Program-made: the position numbers and the translations under genes
Notes under the pieces: generated by a model
The model's database searches: none
The model's input: only the letters and a program-made list of their open reading frames with translations
Told to the model about the DNA's origin: nothing
Shown here: piece after piece, positions 11,519 through 23,253 of the stretch
Layout of the letters: each line of letters opens with the position of its first letter
How positions within the stretch are numbered: the first letter of the stretch is position 1
From: Jimgerdemannia flammicorona
Taxonomy: Eukaryota
DNA: 36,718 nt
Reading direction: 5' to 3'
Assembly (NCBI GenBank): GCA_003990765.1
Contig: RBNJ01000203.1
Span: forward strand, 1 to 36,718

Positions 11519-14500
11519 ACTGTTGCCTGCTTTGTAAAGTATGCAGTTAAAAACTCTATTGGCACGCCGAATGGGGATTGCAATTTACGTAGACTTTCTC
11601 ATTCTTGTGGACTATTTTTTTTTTTTGGAATACACCCCCGTCCCCCCAATCGATCACTAAATACATAAATTTTGTGGTGAGCAGGATAGCCAATTTTACA
11701 TTATTCTTTAAGGTTTAGGACACAATACAAGAAAATCGGGCTAGCAAGAGGGGATTTTATATGGTCAATGAATGGGTCAAGAAATAAGCAGAACGATATG
11801 ATGTGGACCAATGGAGGAGGAAACGTAAAGTCCAAGATGGCGACGGAGAAAACTGTACATTTGCCGAACGCGTTATTGGAAGAAAGGACCTAAGGGAAAT
11901 AAATCATTCTCAATGTGATGAATTACTCTTAAATAATAAGACAAATTCTTTGGTCTACAAGTTATGGAATCTACACCCGCATCCTATTCCGGTCATCGAC
12001 TCTGCGACTATCCTTGGGACGACTCCAGTAATATCTATAAAAGGCACCCAAAGAACGTTTAACACTCCCGTCCGACGCCCGTTTTGTTATTTCGTTGTAG
12101 CAATGTGATTTTGGGACGTGTTTTTCTTTTTTCTTTTTTTCTCTTTTTCTTTTTGTGCGCATTCCACAGGCTTTCGCTCGGAATGATTGAATTGGCCTTA
12201 ACCGTAATTGCATGTAGGGGCCGTTTTAAAATTTTAACAATAGCGATGTCCTTATCAGTACTGGCCTTTGGCCGTAATAAAATTACGGCTCCCCTGTATT
12301 GTTCAAATGCTTGTGGGTTTCGTCAGTCGCTGAAAAAGATATTCGCTTGTCTGTGGTTAAAATACATGATATCTTTATCTTTTTGCTCGCAAAGCGTGCA
12401 AGAATAGAATGCCTTTGTGGGGGAAATGTATTTCTTGAAGGCCAAGAATCTGTTGCAGGCCGCACTCCAAGCATTTGTTTCCGGTTCCGGTTCCACTCCT
12501 TCACATTTGTGGGATTCATCTGGTGAAGTATCCTTTCCCAGGATTGCTTCCTAAGAATAGCATCGGTGTGAGACTTTTACCCAACCCGGCGCGGACACGA
12601 TCAAACAGCCTGGTCCACCTCCCCACCTCCGCGGACTCCGATTTGGTCGATATGATATGCTAGGGTGCAACGAGCAGCTTGGTTACCTTCAAAAAGCTGG
12701 AATTCAACGATTTCTCCGAGTTGGCCATTATCCAGAAGACGTACTGATAATTGCTAAGATAGTGCGACCACTATGGGCAGAGTTAAGCCAGCACATTGGT
12801 ACAATTTTTGGCTTGGAGCAAGACAAGTAGAGGGTGGGCGTTGGCCAGAATAATACAGCGTCGGTTGTCAGGCCCGAACCCGATTTTGCCGTCGGCTAGA
12901 ATAATATCAAGAACGAGATCAGAGATGGCTCATTCCATGATAGGGGTGCAGGGCTCGCTGTCTGGTGGGAGGTCGCTTTCGGTGAGAAAACAGAGGAATA
13001 CAGTGGTTATGTGGCTGTGCCAATGCCACAACGCTGTCATGAAACAATCACCTGGTCCGACAGGTTAGGCTACTGAGCTCAACCTCATGTTATGCCCTTG
13101 GGGGTTCAACCCTTCAAAAGGACCAGGTTGTTTTTATTTTCAACCTATTTTACATGCGTTACAAATATACATACATCTATTTAAAATATTTTATTTGGCA
13201 ATTGAATTGGGAACATTTGTATATATTCTTCATTGAATGGGCCGGTCATGTGACAATGTCTCTACCTTTCTGGCTTTCTGGTGACCTTAGAGCACAGGGG
13301 TATGGATCTATCATCTTTTGTCCCTCAGAGTGCACAGGCTGGTCACATGATTCGCGGAATGGAAGGGACAATACTGCTGCGCTTCGGACAACTTTCCAAA
13401 GGCGTGAGGGCAACACTTGTCCCCAAGGTGCTCAACAAGTTGATGGACTAATGGCGCTCTTGTAATAGTCATGTCAACGCCTTTTTTTTTTTTTTTAAGA
13501 GAAGAAAACCTCGCAAACACCAACATATTGGACGGTAGAAGGTTGCAGCTCTTTTCGAATCAAAGTTTACATATATCAAATACGATACCAACCCTTACAC
13601 GTACGTGCAGGTAGCGACTTTCCGTGTTAAAAACAAAATGGTGGGCGAGTTATTAACTCTATGTAAAGATGACGATGCAACGAAGCAAAAACTCACTGGA
13701 AACAGGGCGGGGCCTCACAGTGTTGCCCCTCTCAAGCAGTGCCCATAAAACGTGAATAGATAGTGAGAACCCTCGTGGGGCGGGCGTCTCAATATTCTTG
13801 TCGATAGAGAGAACATATCGGTCTCTGTCGTTTCATCACGATTTCGGTGGGGCGAGCGCTTTTCACAAATACAGGATTATGGCTCAATGGGCTCCAGAAC
13901 ATAGGTCCAATTGGAAGCAAAAATAAGCAACCCGATGGCGAGGAGGGTGTTGGCAAACTCGGCAATAGCATGCTGCTCGCGGGATCCCTGGTACGGTCAG
14001 CAGGGCTGGGAGTAGCCAAAAAAAAAAAAAAACATGCGCAGCCATGGCTCTGGCTTCGGCGAAAAGCTTGTGGTACAGCTGTCAATACCCTTGGTCGAAA
14101 GGATCACGTTCGCATCCGTGGCAAGAATCTTTTGAATGCGCTCTCAATCTCTCTGTTGGAGGGAGTGATGTGGGGAGGAGGGTAAGTCGGGGGAGGTGTG
14201 CATGTGTGTAGTGAGAATTACTTTAGTGGATTAGATCAAGAAAGCCCATATATTCCTCCAAAAAACAAACACCAACCGCTTCCTAATACCCGCCAGCTTA
14301 TCCGGACCAACAATGACGATATTGAATCCCAATGCATCTTCGACTTTTGGAGATTAATACAGACATCCAGACACGCGTTCACGACCTTGGTTGGAATGGC
14401 TCGGTTCGCGATAGTGCAGTTTAAGGGCACACTTGTCGACAAAGACGGACTGGCGTGGCCATTCTTGGCGTCAAACTTCATCGTATGCCATTATGAATAT

Positions 14501-14943
14501 TAATATCAACGGAGGCGAGCATATGTTGGTGGTAATATGGGATATGAAGCAGCAGTGATGGCGCTGGGCATCGCTGATCACATACAATTTATTGCGGGGG
14601 TTTAAGGAATTGAAGGTGGATGTCCTGTTTCATATCTCGCAAATGCGACGTAATGTCAGGTGAAACATTTTATGGTGTCTGACTTGAATGTGGCGACAGG
14701 ATTACGTAGCTGCCCAAGGGGGGATAAGCAGAAAGCGCAGGCAATGGCGATAAATACCTCCGCCACAACCGTTTCCAGATACCTCTTAACGCAACCCACT
14801 TCACTCAACCCTCTTCACCCGCCTCACTCACTTTACCCACAGCCCAACCCTACAACCCAACCAACTTCGCCAACTCACTTCACCACAACCAACCCATTTC
14901 ACCGACTCACTTCCCATACAACCAACCTGCAACAACAAAATAG

Positions 14944-16384
14944 ATGGTTTACAATAAGTAAGTCCCCCTTATTCTGAGCAATATAACAAACTCGGACTCC
15001 ATTTTTCCCTGTTTTATATCATCGCACAGCTAACCCGACTCAGGCCTCAGGGCTCGGTGCTCCTCACCAAACGTTCTGAGCTGAGGTACTCCTTCGATGA
15101 CGGCAGCGGTAAGTGCATCTTTTTGGATTGGTAATTTACGCGGTTTCTCGACATAGTGCTGGCCAGGACGACGCATGAATAATAACAACATAATAACCTC
15201 GCTGAATTATATGTTTTATAGACCAATGTATACCAACCGTCATCGGTAATGCCGACGGTCAATACCACCGATAATACCGACGGTCAATGCCGCCGATAAT
15301 GCCGACGGTCAATACCGTCGATAATGCCGACGGTCAATGTCGTCGGTAATGCCGACGGTCAATATCGTCGGTAATGCCGACGGTCAATGTCGTCGGTAAT
15401 GCCGACGGTCAATGCCGTCGGTAATGCCGACGGTCAATGTCGTCGGTAATGCCGACGGTCAATGCCGTCGGTAATGCCGAGGGTCAATATCGTCGGTAAT
15501 GCCGAGGGTCAATGTCGTCGGTAATGCCGACGGTCAATGCCGTCGGTAATGCCGACGGTCAATATCGTCGGTAATGCCGACGGTCAATATCGTCGGTAAT
15601 GCCGACGGTCAATGTCGTCGGTAATGCCGACGGTCAATGCCGTCGGTAATGCCGACGGTCAATGTCGTCGGTAATGCCGACGGTCAATACCGTCGGTAAT
15701 TCCGACAGCCAATGCCGCCCAGCCTCCCACCGATGTCTCCCGGCCGGCTGCCGTGCAACCCACTACCACCGGCCGCATTTGTACCACCACTGGTTCGAGG
15801 AAGAGGGAACAGTCGTGCGAAGCTTCGGAAACGAAGAACCGCCGGTATATCAAGGACAAGCCCGATTCCGAGGGACCGATGTTGGTTCCCTCTCCGGCTG
15901 CGAGCTTGGGCGTGGGAGGTAGGAGAAACGAAGCGAGATACCCAAGGTGAAGAAGCGAATTACCGTCGGGCGCCGATGTGGGCAACTGCTTGTCCACATC
16001 CCCATTCTACCGAGGAGGGAGGTCACCTGGGAGTTTGGGGATGGGAAGAGGCTGATGAGGGTCCAGCGGATGAAGGACCAGGGCATCGTCCTCTCCAAGA
16101 AGGAAGGTCGTCAGCGAGGAAGCGCCGCAGAGGACGGGAGGACGGGCGCGAATATCAAGGGATTGTTTCCCGACCCAGGCTCGAGGGTTCGGGAAATGCA
16201 ACAAATGTTTGCGAACGCCACGCGGACGCTACATATGGGAGAAAACCGACTGCAGGCTTCACGCAATCCAGGAGGAGCGCGAGGAAGAACACAAGAGATT
16301 AGCAGGAGCACGAAGAGACGGCGTGGCGGCAGGAGGTCGACCATAGGCGGGCCAAGGCACGAGCGGCACGAGCGGCACATCTGA
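14944..16384 (+). pseudogene. Spliced orphan gene interrupted by a minisatellite
   Basis: ATG at 14944. Exon 1 is 14944-14957; intron 14958-15043 (GTAAGT, GCTAAC branch, CAG); exon 2 is 15044-15108; intron 15109-15221 (GTAAGT...TAG). The spliced product reads MVYNKPQGSVLLTKRSELRYSFDDGSDQCIPTVIGNADG and stops in the repeat array. GC-rich ORFs resume at 15662-16384. An ATAAATA (about 14750) and a C/A-rich leader lie upstream. Confidence 0.5.
15241..15715. repeat. Minisatellite, 19 x 25 bp, consensus CGTCGGTAATGCCGACGGTCAATRY, each unit an internal palindrome
   Basis: Units start every 25 bp from 15241 to 15691. The core CGTCGG-TAATG-CCGACG is an inverted repeat. Internal units differ almost only in the last two bases; the first four and the last unit are more diverged. 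Confidence 0.97.
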
Positions 16385-16481
16385 GACTTCAGAAACCATA
16401 TGGCGGCATGGTACCGACGACATCCTGTGGCGGTAGGATGATTCGTCGCTCGACAATCGGCTTGTACAACGTAGCGTGATG

Positions 16482-16503
16482 ATATATATATATATATATA
16501 TAT
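16482..16503. repeat. (AT)n microsatellite
   Basis: About 11 consecutive AT dinucleotides. Confidence 0.9.
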
Positions 16504-19500
16504 TAGATATTCTCATAGGAAAAGAATTCAGAAAGGTGGCACGACGTTGGTTATCTGAAACTTGGGCGACATTCTTACGAGGCGGGGAATTCAAAAAGAT
16601 GAACCGCGTTATTAGTTTGGTTCGTTACTTCCTCAAGCAATATGGCATCCCCTTGGAACACTATTATTCTCCGTCCCGCGCCTGCTATACCTCCTTCCGT
16701 TAGACATCACGCCACCCCAAACATTCGCGTCATTCCATCAGCGACGAAGTAAGTTCTCAAGCGCGTGACCGCCAACCCCCGGAATCCAGATATGTCATGC
16801 ACCACTCAAGGATACCGGTCGATATAAAGATGGACTAGAATAATTGTCAATCGGTCAAATTACATTTCCATATTGGGACTATTTAAGTGACTTTGTAAAC
16901 TAGAAATTAGAATACCAATACTCGCGACAGCATGTCCGCAGAAAATTAAAGCTTTATTACCTTTGGTATCATTTTATATAGGTAATGATGGCAAAGGATC
17001 GGCGAGTGTTGACTTTGCAATATGTTCATCAGCAATTGCAAGTGACAATACGCGTTCTTTGTACTGGAGTTTGAAGTCAATGGAGTCGAGGTCCACAAGG
17101 ACCATGCAGAAGCTGCATTTGATCCTTTCTCAGAACAGAATTCTTCCTCAGCTGAATTGACTGCCATCAGAGTACATATTAATCTCGTTACGTATGCGAG
17201 GTTTGAAGCCCTTCGGCCAGCGTACAAGAAGAAGGAAACAGTGTCGATGTTTGCATACAGTCGAGAATTACAAACGTTCGACTGGCGTACTGGGAGCGAC
17301 AAGGTAGACATGGGGAATTATTATTTTTGAAGATGGGCTGCTGATTCACAACCTTTTGACAAGGACGTCTTCGGGATCCGGATTCGGTCGACCCATCCAT
17401 ATGGCCATACCCCCGTCTTCCAAAAGACTCACATTACATTTACTCCTGCCGGAGAAAGAGACGAAGAAAGCGAGATCAATTGTAAATTTGGGGTTTGGGA
17501 TGGTAAAGGTGAGATGCGATATCGTTGAAATCAATGCATAGGAGAGATGAGCAATAATATCCTGTCGAACGCGCCGTCTTATGATATGGAAGATCGAGAG
17601 ATTGGCGACGACAATTACGCAATTATTGGGTCAGTGTAGTCAACCATACTTGACAAAAAATATGGAGGTAAATAAAGTAAACATTTAATGTCTGTTTAGA
17701 ACTATGTAATCGTATATTATACATCTTTTATCCGATTTTCCCTTTCTCTAGTGCAATTTTGTAGTTGTGGATCATCATTCTGAGTTCGGTAATATTTTTA
17801 ATATAGAGCTTTGCAGATACAGAGTAAGGGTAATAATGGAAAGGATTCTCGAACGGTAGTCAGACTCGCGGCATCGAGGTTTGGGATTTTTGCAGGAATG
17901 TATCTCATTCGAAGACGACATGGCCTGCTTCGTTTATGAGAGGTATAGATTATGTTTAGCATGGCCCGTAAAATCAATGATGTAAGTTTTTGTCAAGATG
18001 CTCAAATGTTAACTTTTTCGCAGGCACATTTACCTGCACTACAGACAACTAATTGATCCTGTGCTTGTCGCGGGTTATTGCCAAGTATAATCGCAATGAC
18101 CTTCACATACGGTGGCAAAATTCCTCCTGACATCATGCTTGCGAAAAGCCAAGCAACGAGCAGGATGGCGTAGGTTGGGCCATCAGTAGCACATCGCTGG
18201 ACGTCACTTGCAGGCTGTCGAAATGCTTCAATCTTGCTTGACATTTTGAACAATAGTTTCCGGACAAAATCCTTCTCTCTATAAAGCTGTGGATTTGGCG
18301 GTTTTCGATTTATTTTCTCAAACGGTTACCATGGTAGGCAGATCGATCATGTTGCCAACATTTTGAAGCGAAGGGAGAAAAGATGAATCGATTTTGCAAC
18401 GCGCTCCATAGCAACTCTTATGCTTTGTCTTAAGGTATCCCGAAATGTCGGATGAGAGACTGATGGTAAAAGCTTGCACTCACGAAATTGCCGATACAAG
18501 AGAGAATTGATGATGGTGAGCACCTACAACGGTTATTTGCGGTCCCATAAAATAAAGCCCCGGTTCCAAGTTTGCAAATCATATCTCTAGTGAAGGGATA
18601 TATCTATTTAATTATATTCCTGAAACGATTCGATTCGAAGAGAAGGTTATCGCGTCATTGATCGTACTTATCAACAGTTTGAATATGCAACTGGTTGCCA
18701 TATGCTTTTGTCATAGATAAAAGTAGTAGCTAATTAATATTTAACTAATATGAATAGCGATCTTGGTAATGTCATTTTATCGTATTTTAGTTGGTATTGT
18801 TAGCAGTCGAAATTTGATCAGAGAAAAAATTATTTTGATACAAAATAGGCTAAACTGTAACGGTATGGTATCGGAGAATTGACTATTAGACTAATAGTAT
18901 GGAAAACTATGTTGGCTTAGCTTTATGAAACAACCGAGAACAATTGCTATAGTTGTTGGCTTATGGAACGACCGAAAACAATTGCCAAGAGTTTTCCATA
19001 AGATTATTGGGTTTAGCTTTAAAGAGTGGCTATAGCTAGCGATAAGAAATTAGGGAGTCTAGCTATATTTACTATGGAGAGATTGAATTGTTACGCTGAT
19101 GGATTGTTGTTGGGAATAGATAATAGATATATTGTTTATCGACAACTCCAAGGAATAAGAGATCGTAGGAAGATCTGCTAGCATGGGTGACACGGAGCTC
19201 AAAATGGAGGACAAAAAACGGGGCCTCCCAAAAAGGCTAGTTTCCGTAGCTACCAGAAATGGGGCTTCGTTTGAGGAACGCATGGCGGCCATGTGATGTG
19301 AATGTTTTGTGGCCACCTCCCCCCCTCCCGAGGTGTCGTCGTTGAGAAAGACAAAATGCCAGAAAATGAAGTCAAACGTTTGCCAACGAGAAACATTGTG
19401 GAACTCGGGGACGGTGAAATAGGATTACGCGAAGATATTATCTACTCCAATTTCCTTCTACTCTGGCTATATTAAGTAACTCGCCCATAGGAAAAATGAC

Positions 19501-20057
19501 GGTTCCACGGTATCGGGCCTTTGCTTGTTCTGGCTGCTACACGAACCATGCATTTGTTGTCATGTGCTCAGGTGCTGTCAACCAGTCAAGATCTTCGATG
19601 TTTTCAAAGGATTAGGAAAGAAAGCAAGAAAATTCCATGTTGAATTTGAGTTGTGGCACTGCACCAACCAGACGTTCGATTGCTTCGATTACCGAGATAC
19701 TTCATAAGATCGACATGACCCTTTTTCTCGTCTTCACCCATAGTCCTTGTGTGTAACTAATTAATCAACAACTCACTAGAGACGCGAAATAGATCGATGA
19801 GTCTCCATGGCTTTTACCTGGTGGAGACTTGAAGCCCGCCCTCCCTACCAATATTAATGAAAATAGAAACTGTAATAGAGTGCGTCCCGTAGGCATTGCC
19901 CCAAGGGCGGGCGGCAGGAATTTGTCAACAAGAGAATAACTTCTCGGCGTTAACGTATTTCTGTCATCAAAATCGCCCATGCAATTAAGTATATTTTAGG
20001 ATATTGTTTTCCGCGGCCTACAAAGATTGGGCGATCATTCATCCAGAAATAAGCTTG

Positions 20058-20771
20058 TCACATCCATACAGAAATGCCTGGGTACGTGCTTTTTTGGTAC
20101 GGGAAGGAGGCAAGGGATGCCCTGTCCAAAGCAAGTATGGCAAGCACGCCCAGCATGTTCTGGAACAGGCTTAGTGTTCTTTGATTGAGTACACCTCGCT
20201 CATTGAGTGGTTTCCCCTGCGAGGTGAGCTGGAAGGTCAGTAAATTAAGTCGCACACGATTTGTTCACTATATCTGGGCCCATCGCTCATTGCCGGCTAG
20301 CACACCTACCTACTCCATGCTCGCCAAAACGCCACACTTTTGGCAAACGGATTATATAAGTCAAGAGGTTTTCCTGACGCTGCCTTTGGGCAATAGGGCG
20401 TAGGTACTGTATCACGGCGGTGGAACCTCAGTCACAACGCCGAAAGACCGGATTCCCTTTGCTTAATTATGCGCAATGGTTACTAAAGAAAATTTACGTT
20501 CTTTTGCTCAACAGCAGCTCGCACCGGTGGAAGACGGGGTGCAGTATATTGGTCATGATGTAATGATTTGGAGGGGTCTCCGAGGTCACGTTCGTGAATA
20601 GCGGGGCCGTTTGGGCAATTCCAACCGCGGCGTGGTACCTCAATTCGCCCAGGTGGAGGCTGTCCCACCACATTGCACCTTTGTACGCCATCGATTATTA
20701 GGGACAAGAAGTATATAGATATAAAATTAATAATGAGAGCTTGGCATTTGGGATGATGACAGGATACCATG
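20058..20771 (-). pseudogene. Degenerate spliced gene of unknown family
   Basis: TATAAATA on the minus strand (about 20826-20833), ATG near 20771, intron-like segments (GTAAAT...AAG; CTGAC...CAG) and protein-like exons (ELRYHAAVGIAQTAPLFTNV...HPVFHRCELLL; LTSQGKPLNERGVLNQRTLSLFQNMLGVLAIL) that do not join cleanly. Confidence 0.3.
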
Positions 20772-23035
20772 GTTGGCGAAGGAAGCGGAAGGAAAAATGG
20801 GGTTGGGGGCATGCGATCTTTGATGTATTTATAGATACATAATTACAGGGCTGAAACAAGGCTAAAACACGAGAACATTGGCATTCATTACGTACAGTGG
20901 TAATCGGGCAAGGTATACATTTATTCGCGGTTTGCGATTTGCGTTATACGCATACTTGTACTTATATGACTATTCGTTATTATTATTAGATCATCTTATT
21001 TCTGTGCGACTCTGTAAATAGATAGCGTGCTGTAGTTAATGCGGACTTCGCGTGGTTTTAGAAATAAGGGACCATTCGTTTAGAGACCAGTGAAGGAAAA
21101 GCATATGGCGACACAACGTGTACGAAGCATGACAGAAAACTTTCCTGCGTTTGGTTAATTCGCCGTTTTTCGCTAGCGCGGCAAGGTTAACACCATACTG
21201 ACATATTCGGTCGACATTTGCAGGCTGCAATTGATCAGAAAGCTTTGAGAGATAGCAGAATAACCAGTTGGCAAGTTGATGGCGCCTGTCAAATTTTGAT
21301 GCACCGTGACCACGCTAAAATTACCAACCAACCACTGTATCCACGCGCTCAGATATTGCGAGGAGCCGCAATGTAAGACGGCAACCCTCGAGAAATATGG
21401 TATCCAAATGTTGACGCTATCCCACATAATCTACAACGTGATCCCGCCCATCATAGTGTCCACCAAACATGTGTATATCGTCAAACGGTACTAAACTCAT
21501 CTTGGGATGAGGATAGAATATGTTGTGCTAACATTGGGTGCCCGAAGCACAAACTATACACATGGTATGTTGTGGTGTAAAAGATGTAGAATTGGTACAG
21601 TTTCCCTTGCGGTCGCCATTTTGAAGTGTTTATTACTCATCACAATTAGGCTTGGATTTTGCAAGCCATCTGTAGCGCCAGCAAAGGCAATGACACTAAC
21701 GCGATGGTTTATATGGAACACCCCGGCAGATAGACATGAAATTCATGCCCATCAGCCACCTGTCAAAATGGCGACTCCCACACACGGTCCGCATGCGTAT
21801 GTATGTAACTCATAAACAGGATCATCGACCAAAAAATGTCGTTGCCGTTGGCGATCGGTCGCAAATCGTCAGGCACTACCTATAGAACATCTCGTTAAGC
21901 CTCGAACGTAAAGACCAGCCACCGAATTTAGTCTGTCCTTCCCAGCACAAAGAAACCGGCAATCGGGTGGCCCATGTATGTGCTGTATGCGCAAAACATG
22001 AAAAAAAGGAAAGAAAACCTGTGCGTTAAAACAACCGTAAATGCAGCGGCTAAATGATAACGTATGTATTGATATTGTTTTGGCGACCTCTACACTTGAA
22101 GTTGCGCTAAAAGAATTTATCTCGCATAACGCAAAGGAAAGCAGATGACGGCTGAGGCAGTAATATATACCCGACCTCTCGGTAGTAACGTGAAGCGTAC
22201 TGTTTTATGCAGGGACAGGAACAACGTAAATGCAAAAACAGATATCATCCTGCAAGTGATCGTCCCAGATTGTGGTATGTCCCGCAAATCACTTCGTAGC
22301 CGCATGTCGGAGTGTTGAGCTCTGAGGATCGCCACTATGCCGGAATCTTTCTATTGAAAGCATGATAATTTTTAAGCGTAATCATTCCTTATCAAAAGCC
22401 GAAGCCACTCAGGAGTGCCATAAATGTCTTTAGTAGTTGTGGAATTCGTCGAGTAACCCACTAACATATAATAGGCACACGCGGACGGAATACAAAATAG
22501 AAAATTGAACGGAGTTATCGTCCGCTCGTACACGTAGTTTATTTGAAGTACCCCATTTGGATCTATAACGACGTTGAGTGGTTCAAAAATATGCGGACTC
22601 TTAGTGTGTGTAGAACATTCCAGGTTGCTTTTGCAGCGAAAATATAGGATTAGGATCAAGGCTAAGGATATACGAAAATAAACCATGCCCTGAAAATAAG
22701 ATAAAAAAGCTTCGGCAGCACATGAAAATATGGGTATTTAGCGGAAACCAATACCAGCTCAATTAGTTGCGGATATTCTTTTGATTTCCAACGGCTACCC
22801 AATTTGTCAGATGCAACGAGGAAATCTCTGCAATAGTCCGAACAAAAAAAACAAGAAGCCCAAAATGGGCCGAGGTCTTTGTCTTTAACACTGTATAATG
22901 GCTCCGTGATAGATGACTCTATCTGACGGCACAGGGTTCACTTTTGCGGTTGAATATTTTACCAGTGGTTATTGGCGCTCCGAGTGGGAAATGGCGATCA
23001 TGCCCTTATTTACCAATGTTGTAGAGAATCGACAA

Positions 23036-23113
23036 TCCTTTGTTTGACATCGAATGTGGGAATACCGGGCATCGAATACGGAAGAGGAAGTGCATTATAT
23101 TTAGAACAAAGAG
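23036..23113. promoter_or_regulatory. Pair of HMG-box binding motifs (AACAAAG, TR-box-like) upstream of the HMG gene
   Basis: CTTTGTT at 23038-23044 and AACAAAG at 23105-23111 lie in opposite orientations. With flanks (TCCTTTGTTT, GAACAAAGAG) each is a 9/10 match to the S. pombe Ste11 TR-box TTCTTTGTTY. A weaker CTTTGTC lies at 22877-22883. Confidence 0.4.
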
Positions 23114-23253
23114 GCCCGTGCTTCGTCCATTTCGGCTGACTTACCGGCTCACTAAGCAACGAGGATACGTAACCATTTGATAACATTTATATTCATCACC
23201 TCGCTTTTGTTGGAGCTCCATCAATTACATGTCCGCACATCCATGAACCAACG

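Noticed and set aside
15241..15715. CRISPR-like appearance of the palindromic 25-bp repeats
   Set aside because: The units are head-to-tail with no unique spacers, there are no cas genes, and the context is eukaryotic.
22372..22686. 104-aa minus-strand ORF with a hydrophobic N-terminus, as a possible small secreted protein next to the HMG gene
   Set aside because: No recognisable motif, no CAAX or repeated pheromone peptide, and AT-rich composition; it cannot be supported without expression data.
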